From Acidimicrobiales bacterium (GTDB lineage Bacteria; Actinomycetota; Acidimicrobiia; Acidimicrobiales; Bog-793): 52,848 bases of DNA. The notes under the pieces were generated by a model that saw nothing but the letters and a program-made list of their open reading frames with translations, was not told where the DNA came from and did not search any database. Of the stretch, positions 44,030 through 52,585 are shown piece after piece. The position numbers were made by a program, and so were the translations under genes. Each line of letters starts with the position of its first letter. Within the stretch, counting starts at the first letter, position 1. The stretch spans positions 1 to 52,848 of the forward strand of contig JBKQLZ010000116.1 in assembly GCA_052146895.1 (NCBI GenBank), in the 5' to 3' direction.

Positions 44030-45370
44030 CTAGAGCGAGCGGATCGCCTTCTCCATGATCTCGAGGCCCTCGACGAGCAGGTCGTCGCCGATGACGAGCG
44101 GCGGGAGGATCCTCACGACGTTGTCAAAGGTCCCGGCCTTCAACGCGATCACGCCCTCCTCGTGGCAGCGAGCAAGCACACGAGTGGCGGCGGCCGGGTC
44201 AGGCGTCTTCAAGTCCCGGTCGGAGACGAATTCGACCGCTCCCATGGCGCCGATCACGCGCACGTCGCCAACGGCGGCGCAGTCCTCGAGCAACGGGCGC
44301 AACCGAGCCTCGAAGATCTCGCCGATGTGCGTTGCCGCGGCCAGCAACCCCCGCGTCTCGACTTCCTCGATGGAGGCGAGAGCAGCAGCACACGACACGG
44401 GGTTGCCACCGAACGTCGACCCGAGCCCACCAGGGTGAACCTTGTCCAGCAGGTCCGCCCGGCCGGTGACGCCACCTATAGGCAAGCCGCCACCGAGACC
44501 CTTGGCGGTCGTGATGATGTCCGGCACGAGCCCGAAGTGCTCGCTCGAGAACCACTTGCCGGTCCGGGCGAACCCGGCCTGCACCTCGTCGGCGATGAAG
44601 ACGATCCCGTTCGCCGAGCAGTACGCCGACAGGGCCTCGAGGAACCCAGCCCCTGGCACGATCACGCCGCCCTCACCCAATACCGGCTCGATCAGCAATC
44701 CAGCGATCCGGTCACCGCCGATCTGGCGATCCATGATCGTGATGGCCGCCTCAGCACACGCCGGCCCGCACTCCTCGTAGGACGCCCCCACTGAACACCT
44801 ATAGGGATAGGAGTAGGGCAGCCTGTAGACCTCGGGCGCCAGCGGCCCGAAGCCCTTCTTGTAAGGGGAAGCCTTCGCCGTAAGGGTCATGCCCATGAAG
44901 GTCCGGCCGTGGAAGGCATGGTCGAAGGCGACGATCGCCTGGCGCCCGGTAGCTAGGCGGGCAACCTTGACAGCGTTCTCGACGGCCTCGACTCCCGAGT
45001 TCACGAAGTACGAGCGCCGCTCCACATCACCTGGCACGAGAGCGTTCAACCGCTCGGCGAGCGCGACGTAGGACTCGTACGGCGTCACCTGGAAGCACGT
45101 GTGCGTGAATGCCGCAGCTTGCTCAGCGATGGCAGCGGACACGAGCGGAGCGCTGGACCCGACGTTGAGCACTGCGATGCCCGCTCCGAGGTCGATGAAC
45201 GAGTTGCCGTCGACGTCGAGGACCACGCCGCCCGACGCCTGCGCCGCGAAGACGGGCATCGTGCCGCCGACGCCATTCGGTATCGCGGCGCGCCGGCGCT
45301 CCATGAGCTCGATCGAACGAGGTCCTGGGATGTCGGTGACGAGCGCGCGGCGCTGTGGGAGATCGGCCAC
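44030..45370 (-). CDS. gabT: 4-aminobutyrate--2-oxoglutarate transaminase
   Basis: Motifs DVDGN.FID.GAGIAV, FTHTCFQV, NSG.EAVENAVK, AFHGRT, EPVLGEGG, DEVQAGFARTG, AKGLGGG. AAGGAG SD before GTG 45370. Confidence 0.93.
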   Translation of the reverse strand: MADLPQRRALVTDIPGPRSIELMERRRAAIPNGVGGTMPVFAAQASGGVVLDVDGNSFIDLGAGIAVLNVGSSAPLVSAAIAEQAAAFTHTCFQVTPYESYVALAERLNALVPGDVERRSYFVNSGVEAVENAVKVARLATGRQAIVAFDHAFHGRTFMGMTLTAKASPYKKGFGPLAPEVYRLPYSYPYRCSVGASYEECGPACAEAAITIMDRQIGGDRIAGLLIEPVLGEGGVIVPGAGFLEALSAYCSANGIVFIADEVQAGFARTGKWFSSEHFGLVPDIITTAKGLGGGLPIGGVTGRADLLDKVHPGGLGSTFGGNPVSCAAALASIEEVETRGLLAAATHIGEIFEARLRPLLEDCAAVGDVRVIGAMGAVEFVSDRDLKTPDPAAATRVLARCHEEGVIALKAGTFDNVVRILPPLVIGDDLLVEGLEIMEKAIRSL

Positions 45371-45409
45371 TGGAGGCTCCTTCTTCAGATCGAAATATCT
45401 AGTGTGATT

Positions 45410-45455
45410 CCTCGGAATCAGTTGCCTACTAGCGTACTGACAACGGATTCCATTG
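45410..45455. promoter_or_regulatory. Pair of putative Lrp/AsnC boxes, 31 bp apart
   Basis: CCTCGGAATCAGTTG (45410-45424) and near-perfect palindrome CAACGGATTCCATTG (45441-45455), in the gabT/lrp divergent gap. Confidence 0.65.
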
Positions 45456-45573
45456 ACAATGGACCGTGGCAATGTGACAATGAGCAGCACTTTGGCCACT
45501 TACGGCCAGGCAATTCCAGTGTACGACGCGAGCAGCGTGAAGCAACCTCGTGGAGAAAGGGAACGTTCGAGCG

Positions 45574-46107
45574 ATGTCGATTCGCCACAGCTCGACGAGC
45601 ACCCCGCCTGACGCGGCCGGCTCACGCGACGGGCTCGCCCGCCGCACCCGGACTCCCGGGGCGCCGCTCGACGACGTCTCGCGGCAGCTCGTGGAAGCGC
45701 TGCAGGAAGACGGTCGGCGCTCTTACGCAGCCCTCGCGCAGGATGTCGGCCTCTCCGAGGCAGCCGTCCGCCAGCGCGTGAAGCGCCTGCTCGACGATGG
45801 TGTGATGCAGATCGTGGCCGTCACCGATCCGATGACTGTCGGCTTCTCCCGCCAGGCGATGGTCGGGATCAAGGCCGAGGGTGATCTGAGGGCGGTCGCC
45901 AAGCGGCTCTCGAAGCTGCCCGAGCTCGAGTACGTCGTGCTCTGCGCCGGCTCGTTCGACCTATTGGTCGAGCTCGTCTGCGAGGACGACGAGCATCTCC
46001 TCCGCTTGCTCGACGAGTCGATTCGCAGCATCGAAGGCGTACGTGAGACGGAGACCTTCGTCTACCTGCGCCTCGAGAAACAGACCTACGCGTGGGGAAC
46101 CCGATGA
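45574..46107 (+). CDS. Lrp/AsnC family transcriptional regulator
   Basis: HTH LQEDGRRSYAALAQDVGLSEAAVRQRV; QIVAVTDP; AGSFDLLVE; TETFVYL. Confidence 0.93.
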   Translation: MSIRHSSTSTPPDAAGSRDGLARRTRTPGAPLDDVSRQLVEALQEDGRRSYAALAQDVGLSEAAVRQRVKRLLDDGVMQIVAVTDPMTVGFSRQAMVGIKAEGDLRAVAKRLSKLPELEYVVLCAGSFDLLVELVCEDDEHLLRLLDESIRSIEGVRETETFVYLRLEKQTYAWGTR

Positions 46108-46117
46108 GAAGGAAGAG

Positions 46118-47500
46118 ATGACACCGTACAAGAGCCGTACCGACAGCGAGCAGAACCAGGACGCAAGGGATCACCTCTGGCTGCACTTCAGCCGCATGGG
46201 TGCCTACAGCGAGCACCACGAGATCCCCATCATCGAGCGGGGAGAAGGCGCCTACGTATACGACTCGAAGGGCAAGCGGTACCTCGACGGGCTCTCCGGC
46301 CTGTTCGTAGTGCAAGTGGGCCACGGCCGGAAGGAGCTCGCCGAGGCTGCACGCGCGCAAGCGGAGAAACTCGCCTACTTCCCCCTCTGGTCCTACGCCC
46401 ACCCGACGAGCATCGAGCTCGCCGACCGCCTCGCGGACTACGCCCCGGGTGACCTCAACCGAGTCTTCTTCACGACCGGCGGGAGCGAGGCCGTCGAGAC
46501 GGCCTGGAAGCTTGCTCGTCAGTACTTCAAGGCGATAGGGCAACCCTCTCGCTACAAGGTCATCAGTCGCAACATCGCCTACCACGGCACCACACTCGGG
46601 GCACTCTCCATCACTGGCATCCCGTCGGCTCGCCAACCCTTCGAGCCTCTTGTCCCCGGCGCGCGCAAGGCGATGAACACGAACCGCTACAGGTGCCTCG
46701 ACTGCTCCCACCTCGACTCCTGCACCCTTCGCTGCGCCGACTCGATCGAGCAGGTCATCGAGTTCGAAGGCCCCGAGACCGTCGCGGCTGTGTACGTCGA
46801 GCCGGTCCAGAACTCCGGTGGCTGCTTCCCACCGCCAGAGGGCTATCTCGAGCAGGTGCGCGACATCTGCAACCGCTACGGGGTGCTGATGGTTTCCGAC
46901 GAGGTCATATGTGCCTTCGGGAGACTGGGCGAGATGTTCGCGTGTGACCGGTACGGATACGAGCCGGACATCATCACGTGCGCGAAGGGAATGACGAGCG
47001 GTTACGCGCCGATCGGGGCGATGATCGCGACGGACGAACTCATGGAGCCCTTCTTGCAGGGTGAGGCGAGCTTCGCCCACGGAATCACGTTCGGTGGCCA
47101 CCCGGTGTCGTGCGCGGTGGCACTCGCGAACCTCGACGTGTTCGAGCGTGAGAATCTCCTCGAGCACGTCCGCCAGAACGAGCCGGGCTTCCGGGCATCA
47201 CTCGAGAAGCTGAAGGACCTGCCCATCGTCGGTGACGTGCGGGGCGCGGGTTACTTCTACGGGATCGAGCTCGTCCGCAACAAGGACACGAAAGAGGAGT
47301 TCACCCACGAGCAGGCCGAGTCGCTCTTGCGCGGCTTCCTCTCGCCGGCGCTGTTCGAGGCCGGTCTGATCTGCCGTGCCGACGACCGGGGCGACCCGGT
47401 CATACAGCTCTCGCCGCCGCTCATCTGCGACCAGACGCACTTCGACGAGATCGAGTCCATCCTTCGGAGCGTGCTCGCGGAGGCCTCGGCCAAGATCTGA
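46118..47500 (+). CDS. Class-III aminotransferase (putrescine/omega-amine:pyruvate type)
   Basis: Motifs HLWLHF, YLDGLSGL, GGSEAVETAWK, AYHGTT, EPVQNSGG, DEVICAFGR, AKGMTSGYAP, CRADDRG. Confidence 0.9.
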   Translation: MTPYKSRTDSEQNQDARDHLWLHFSRMGAYSEHHEIPIIERGEGAYVYDSKGKRYLDGLSGLFVVQVGHGRKELAEAARAQAEKLAYFPLWSYAHPTSIELADRLADYAPGDLNRVFFTTGGSEAVETAWKLARQYFKAIGQPSRYKVISRNIAYHGTTLGALSITGIPSARQPFEPLVPGARKAMNTNRYRCLDCSHLDSCTLRCADSIEQVIEFEGPETVAAVYVEPVQNSGGCFPPPEGYLEQVRDICNRYGVLMVSDEVICAFGRLGEMFACDRYGYEPDIITCAKGMTSGYAPIGAMIATDELMEPFLQGEASFAHGITFGGHPVSCAVALANLDVFERENLLEHVRQNEPGFRASLEKLKDLPIVGDVRGAGYFYGIELVRNKDTKEEFTHEQAESLLRGFLSPALFEAGLICRADDRGDPVIQLSPPLICDQTHFDEIESILRSVLAEASAKI

Positions 47501-47565
47501 GCCGAGAGCCGAGAGCCGACACCCTCCTCGAGAACGGGGAGTCGCACCGGTAGGCTGCCCGGCCG

Positions 47566-48453
47566 ATGCACCATCACGTCCACCCCGGGATCTCGTACCT
47601 GCAAGCCATAATCCTCGGCCTGATCCAGGGAGTGAGCGAGCTCTTCCCGATTTCGAGCCTCGGTCACACCGTCATCCTCCCGAGGCTGTTCGGCTGGAAC
47701 AACGTCTGGGCGGTCGAGAGCGACCCGGAGTCGTACTGGCTCGCCTTCGTCGTCGGGCTTCACGTCGGGACCGCTCTCGCGCTCGTGTTCAACTTCCGCA
47801 AGGACTGGGCCCGGATCTTGAAGGCGATGTTCCACTCTGTGCGCACCCGTGTGGTCGACACGCCCGACTCGAGGCTCGGCTGGCTCCTCGTCGTCGCGAC
47901 CATCCCGGCAGGCATCACCGGCCTCCTCCTCGAGCACCCGCTCCGGGTCCTTTTCAGCCGTCCACTGGCAGCGTCTGTCTTCCTCATGGTGAACGGCCTG
48001 ATCCTCCTGTTCGGCGAAGGGGTCCGCCGAGGCGTCGAGAACCGGGAGCGGCACGGTCACAAGGCCAAGCGGGAGCTCGACACGCTCGACTACAAAGAGG
48101 CCGGGGTCATCGGCGTCGCTCAGATCTCTGCCCTCGTCGCCGGCGTCAGCCGATCGGGCATCACGATGGTCGCAGGGCTCGTAAGAGGGTTGAACCACGA
48201 GGATTCGGCGCGGTTTGCGTTTCTCCTGGCTACCCCGATAATCCTCGGAGCCGGTGTCGTGAAGCTGCCCGACCTCATGGGCTCCCTCGGCAACGGCGTC
48301 CGCGGTCAGACGGTGGTCGGAGCACTGTTCGCGGCAGGCGCCGCGCTCGTCTCCGTGAAGTTCCTGCTCCGGTATTTCGAGACGAAGCGGCTCTGGCCCT
48401 TTGCGATCTACTGCCTCGCGTTCGGCGCAGTCTGCACGGTCATCTTCGCCTGA
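47566..48453 (+). CDS. uppP: Undecaprenyl-diphosphate phosphatase
   Basis: Motifs QGVSELFPISSLGH, ATIPAG, GVSRSG.T, RFAFLLATP, FAIYC. Confidence 0.93.
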   Translation: MHHHVHPGISYLQAIILGLIQGVSELFPISSLGHTVILPRLFGWNNVWAVESDPESYWLAFVVGLHVGTALALVFNFRKDWARILKAMFHSVRTRVVDTPDSRLGWLLVVATIPAGITGLLLEHPLRVLFSRPLAASVFLMVNGLILLFGEGVRRGVENRERHGHKAKRELDTLDYKEAGVIGVAQISALVAGVSRSGITMVAGLVRGLNHEDSARFAFLLATPIILGAGVVKLPDLMGSLGNGVRGQTVVGALFAAGAALVSVKFLLRYFETKRLWPFAIYCLAFGAVCTVIFA

Positions 48454-48546
48454 GAAGCAGCGGCCCGAGGGGGACTTCCGAGACGCGATACTGGAAGCGA
48501 CACCACAGCCGACACTTCTCAACACACGCGCGCGGGCGCGACGACG

Positions 48547-50142
48547 ATGACCCACGAGACCGACGAGCAACCTGACTCGTTCTCTGTCGCGGCCTCGGGA
48601 GGCGAGGAGGCGGTCGTCCCCTGGTCCGCCGTCCCGCGCCTCCGGCACCGGGCGATGCGGGCGGTTGTCGACGGGTCGTCCGAGCCGTTCGGCGGTGTCC
48701 GCCACCGGTGGTGGGTGCTCTGCACCGTTCTCGGCGGCCTGTTCGCCGTCAACGCCACCTTCACCGTCTTCGCTGTGGCACTGACAAGCATTGCCCACGG
48801 GTTCCACACGAGCACGAATGCCGCCACTTGGGTTATCACGGCACCGCTGCTTTGTTTCGGCGTTGCCGCGCCCGCGCTCGGGCGCCTGGGCGACACGATC
48901 GGCCACCGCCGCCTCTACCTCGTCGGCACGGCTCTGACGGTCCTGTGCGCTGCGGGAACCGCACTCGCCCCGTCGCTCACCGTCCTGATAGCCGCCCGCG
49001 CGCTCTCGGGCGTCGTCGGTGCGGCAACGGGGACAGCCTCCATGGCGCTGATCTTCCGGGTGTTCGACCACGAGGACCGTGTGAAGGCCATGGGTTGGTG
49101 GTCGCTGGTCGGTGCCGGCGGCCCGGTCATCGGCGTCGTCATCGGCGGCGTGCTGATCCAGGACTTCGGGTGGCGCTCTCTCTTCGTCGTCCAGGCGATT
49201 CTGATCGTCGTAGCCCTCGTGCCCGCTATCGCCGTGCTCCCCGAGACGAGACGCGAGCACGCCAAGTCGTTCGACTGGCAGGGCGCCATCTGGATCACGG
49301 TCGCAAGCCTCGCCTTGCTCGTAGGCCTGAACCAAGGGCCGTCGGACGGCTGGGCCTCCGCGGTCGTGCTCGGCTCGTTCGCGGCGGTGCCCATCGGTCT
49401 CGCCTTCTTCGTGAGAGCCGAGCGCCGGGCCGAGCACGCCCTGTTGCCGCTTGCGCTGTTGCGCCGGCGCAACTTCTCGTTCGCCATCGGCAACCAGCTC
49501 GGGGCGAACTTCGCCTACATGGGTGGGTTCATCCTCACCCCGTTGCTGCTCGAGCGCGTCTACGGCTACGACACCTCGCGAACCGGGCTCACCGTGATCG
49601 CACGGCCGCTCCTGTTCTCGCTCGCTGCCCCGGTGGCCGGATACGTCGCTGCCCGCATCGGGAACCGGATCACCGCGGTGGTAGGGGGTGTCGTGCTCAT
49701 CGGCTCAATGGCAGTCTTCGGCGGAGTCCCCTTGTCGGGGACGACTCTCGTGATCGTTGCGCTGGGCCTCTCCGGCCTCGGGCTCGGGATGTCGGCGCCC
49801 GCGGTCTCCGCCAGCGTCGCGAACTCCGTTCCCGACGACGATCTCGGCGTGGCCAGCTCGGCTCAACAGCTCGTCAGCCAGCTCGGGACGATCGCCGGCA
49901 TCCAGGTCCTGCAGACGGTGCAGGCAGCCAGCTTTCGCCCCGGCTCAGGCCAGAGCGGGCTCCTCGCTTCGTTCCACGACGCCTATCTCGTGGGGGCCGT
50001 GGCGGCGATCGTGGCCGTCGCCTGCGCGGCGGGTCTTCTCTCCAAGCAGCGAGCTGAGGCCGAGATCGCCGAGCTCGAGCCGGACGAGGCAGCCGCGGGC
50101 TCAAGCGGCTATCGCGGCGCTGGTGCACTCGCCGAGGCGTGA
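48547..50142 (+). CDS. MFS transporter (DHA2-like, 14 TM)
   Basis: Motifs WVITAPLL, GRLGDTIGHRRLY, GPVIG..IGG, GWRSLF, FDWQG. Confidence 0.87.
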   Translation: MTHETDEQPDSFSVAASGGEEAVVPWSAVPRLRHRAMRAVVDGSSEPFGGVRHRWWVLCTVLGGLFAVNATFTVFAVALTSIAHGFHTSTNAATWVITAPLLCFGVAAPALGRLGDTIGHRRLYLVGTALTVLCAAGTALAPSLTVLIAARALSGVVGAATGTASMALIFRVFDHEDRVKAMGWWSLVGAGGPVIGVVIGGVLIQDFGWRSLFVVQAILIVVALVPAIAVLPETRREHAKSFDWQGAIWITVASLALLVGLNQGPSDGWASAVVLGSFAAVPIGLAFFVRAERRAEHALLPLALLRRRNFSFAIGNQLGANFAYMGGFILTPLLLERVYGYDTSRTGLTVIARPLLFSLAAPVAGYVAARIGNRITAVVGGVVLIGSMAVFGGVPLSGTTLVIVALGLSGLGLGMSAPAVSASVANSVPDDDLGVASSAQQLVSQLGTIAGIQVLQTVQAASFRPGSGQSGLLASFHDAYLVGAVAAIVAVACAAGLLSKQRAEAEIAELEPDEAAAGSSGYRGAGALAEA

Positions 50143-50171
50143 AGCGCCAGATGACCCGCTAGAACAGCGAC

Positions 50172-51044
50172 GTGCGACTCGGACTTCACCTCCCCTACTT
50201 CACCTATCCCGACGGACAGGCGTATCTCGCCCGAGATCTGGCCCTCATCGCGCAGGCGGCTGAGGGGGCCGGATTCGACCGGCTGTCGGTAATGGACCAC
50301 GTCTGGCAGATCGTCATGGTGGGCCCACCCGAGCTCGAGATGCTCGAGGCCTACACGACTCTCGGCTATCTCGCCGCCAAGACGGAGTCGATCACCCTCC
50401 TCACGCTCGTCACGGGCTGTGTCTACCGCCCGCCAGGCCTGCTCGCGAAGCAGGTGACCACTCTCGACGTCCTTTCCGGCGGCCGGGCGATGCTCGGGAT
50501 CGGTGCCGCGTGGAACGAGCAGGAGGCCCTAGGACTGGGGTTGCCGTTCCCTCCCACTGCCGAACGGTTCGAACGCCTCGAGGAGACACTGCAGATCTGC
50601 CGGCAGATGTTCGACGGCGAGGACAAGGCTTACGAGGGCAAGCACTACAACCTCGCCCGCACGCTCAACTCGCCGCCGCCGATCTCCAAGCCGCGGCCGC
50701 GGATCCTGATCGGCGGATCGGGCGAGCGCAAGACGCTCCGGCTCGTTGCGCAGTACGCCGACGCTTGCAACCTGTTCCCCGGGCCCGACATCCCGCACAA
50801 GCTCGACGTGCTGCGCAAGCACTGCGAGGACGTCGGCCGCGATTACAACGAGATCGAAAAGACGGCGCTGTTCCGCTTCGACGTCGGGCCGAGCGGGGAG
50901 AACGCCCAGCAGACGGTGGACGCATTGGGGAAGTTGGCTGAGCTCGGCTTCTCCGTGGCGCACGGCGCGGTGCCTGACGTGTCGACCCTCTACCAGCTCG
51001 AGATAATCGGCACCGAGGTGATCCCCGCGATAGCCGAGCTCTGA
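50172..51044 (+). CDS. LLM class (F420-dependent-type) oxidoreductase
   Basis: Motifs VMDHVWQI, LEAYTTLG, YRPPGLLAK, DVLSGGR..LGIGAAW, IGGSGERKTL.LVAQYADACN. Confidence 0.9.
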   Translation: MRLGLHLPYFTYPDGQAYLARDLALIAQAAEGAGFDRLSVMDHVWQIVMVGPPELEMLEAYTTLGYLAAKTESITLLTLVTGCVYRPPGLLAKQVTTLDVLSGGRAMLGIGAAWNEQEALGLGLPFPPTAERFERLEETLQICRQMFDGEDKAYEGKHYNLARTLNSPPPISKPRPRILIGGSGERKTLRLVAQYADACNLFPGPDIPHKLDVLRKHCEDVGRDYNEIEKTALFRFDVGPSGENAQQTVDALGKLAELGFSVAHGAVPDVSTLYQLEIIGTEVIPAIAEL

Positions 51045-51550
51045 TGGCGGACGACCAAAGCACGCCCAGCGACGCTGCCGGGGACACTCCGGCCATGCGC
51101 GCCTGGGCGGGGCCCGAGCCCGGGCGCCTCATCGGACGGGGCCACCCGGCGGGCGACTTCTTGCAGGCCTACGAATGGGACCTGCTCGAAGAGCGCGAGG
51201 GCTATCTCCGGATCGAGGTGGAACTACCGCTTCACGTCCGCAACCCGCGGGGCCAGCTGTTTGGCGGCTTCACGCCGACCTACGTCGACATGATCGCCCT
51301 GTTCACAGTGCGTGCCGGCCGGCCACGCCAAACCGGCGAGCGCCGTACCTGGCTTGCCACCACCAACATGCGGATCGACTATTTCGACCCCATCACCGGC
51401 CCGCGATTCACGATCGAGAGCACGCTCGAGCGGAGAAGGGGGCGGACCGCTTTCGTCGCTACGCGTTTCTTTCAGGATGGCGAGATGGCGGTGCACGCGC
51501 TCACAACGATGCGCGAGATGCCGCAGGATCGCCCGCTCGGAGACGCTTGA
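51044..51550 (+). CDS. PaaI family thioesterase
   Basis: Hotdog fold motifs NPRGQLFGG and ATTNMRIDYF. TGATG coupling to the LLM gene. Confidence 0.8.
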   Translation: MADDQSTPSDAAGDTPAMRAWAGPEPGRLIGRGHPAGDFLQAYEWDLLEEREGYLRIEVELPLHVRNPRGQLFGGFTPTYVDMIALFTVRAGRPRQTGERRTWLATTNMRIDYFDPITGPRFTIESTLERRRGRTAFVATRFFQDGEMAVHALTTMREMPQDRPLGDA

Positions 51551-51593
51551 GCGCGGGCGGCACGAGCCATGCCCGACCGTTACGCTCTCGGGC

Positions 51594-52262
51594 ATGGCTC
51601 TCTACGACACTCCTATCAACACGCTCGATGGCGAACCACTCGATCTCAACGAGTTCGCCGACAAGAGCGTTCTCATCGTCAACGTCGCTTCGAAGTGCGG
51701 CCTGACACCACAGTACGAAGGCCTCGAGCGCCTTCAGAAGCAATACGAGGGGCGCGGTTTCAGCGTCCTCGGGGTTCCGTGCAACCAGTTCGGTGAGCAG
51801 GAGCCTGGTACCTCCGACGAGATCAAGACGTTCTGCTCGACGACTTACGGCGTGACTTTCCCGATGACCGAGAAGGTCGAGGTCAACGGCGATGGCCGCC
51901 ACCCGCTCTACGACCAGCTGACCGCGGTCGACGACGCCGAGGGCAAGGCCGGAGACATCCAGTGGAACTTCGAGAAGTTCCTCGTGGCCCCAGGTGGCGA
52001 CGTGCGCCGCTTCCGCCCGCTCGTCGACCCGGAGGCCCCCGAGGTCATCGAGGCCATCGAGGCAAGCCTGCCGAGCAGATCGGCCAAAGATGAGCGACCC
52101 GGCTCCCGGCGAGCTCGTCACCAAGTCCGGGATCAGGATCCCGCAGCGTGCGCTGTCCTGGCGCTTCTCTCGGGCGAGCGGCCCGGGCGGCCAGCACGTC
52201 AACAAGACCGACTCCCGAGTCGAGCTCACGTGCGACCTCGCCGAGATCGACGGCCCCGCTGA
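51594..52262 (+). CDS. Glutathione peroxidase family protein (Cys type) with aberrant C-terminal extension
   Basis: Motifs VNVASKCGLTPQY, PCNQFGEQEPG, WNFEKFL. The domain ends about 52076 (IEASLPS) but the frame stays open to 52262. Confidence 0.88.
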   Translation: MALYDTPINTLDGEPLDLNEFADKSVLIVNVASKCGLTPQYEGLERLQKQYEGRGFSVLGVPCNQFGEQEPGTSDEIKTFCSTTYGVTFPMTEKVEVNGDGRHPLYDQLTAVDDAEGKAGDIQWNFEKFLVAPGGDVRRFRPLVDPEAPEVIEAIEASLPSRSAKDERPGSRRARHQVRDQDPAACAVLALLSGERPGRPARQQDRLPSRAHVRPRRDRRPR

Positions 52263-52509
52263 CAGCGTGCGGCGCATCCGGGCGAAGCTCGGCGAGGAGG
52301 TGCGGGTCGTGGCTGCGAGCGAGCGGTCCCAGCTCGCGAATCGCCAGGAGGCGACCCGCAGACTCGTCACTCGACTGGACAACGCGAGCCGAGCGCCCCG
52401 GCCGCGCCGGGCGACGCGACCGACGCGAGGCTCGGTCGAGGCACGTCTCGAGGAGAAACGCCGCCAATCCCAACGCAAAGCCGACCGCCGACCAACGCTA
52501 GGCGAATGA
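52090..52509 (+). CDS. arfB: Alternative ribosome rescue peptidyl-tRNA hydrolase
   Basis: Motifs FSRASGPGGQHVNK, RSQLANR and a basic tail RRATRPTRGS..RLEEKRRQSQRK. Confidence 0.92.
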   Translation: MSDPAPGELVTKSGIRIPQRALSWRFSRASGPGGQHVNKTDSRVELTCDLAEIDGPADSVRRIRAKLGEEVRVVAASERSQLANRQEATRRLVTRLDNASRAPRPRRATRPTRGSVEARLEEKRRQSQRKADRRPTLGE

Positions 52510-52585
52510 GCGGGGAGAGATCGGCCGAAAGCCAGGGGCCAGTATCCGTTGCTGGCGAGGTTGGGGGCGCGGAACCGTCCCGCCC

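Noticed and set aside
47499-47519. GAGCCGA x3 heptamer repeat
   Set aside because: Short intergenic microsatellite with no spacers and no cas genes; not CRISPR.
47257-49437. 726-aa antisense ORF and similar long shadows (e.g. 29427-30629, 36431-37657, 45869-47167)
   Set aside because: Typical high-GC antisense open frames opposite well-supported genes; no motifs.
51594-52079. Selenocysteine recoding in the Gpx-family gene
   Set aside because: Active-site codon is TGC (Cys); no in-frame TGA within the domain.
52510-52585. c-di-GMP-like riboswitch (GGC-CGAAA-GCC hairpin) before the ABC permease
   Set aside because: Only a small GAAA-containing hairpin; the rest of the consensus is absent.
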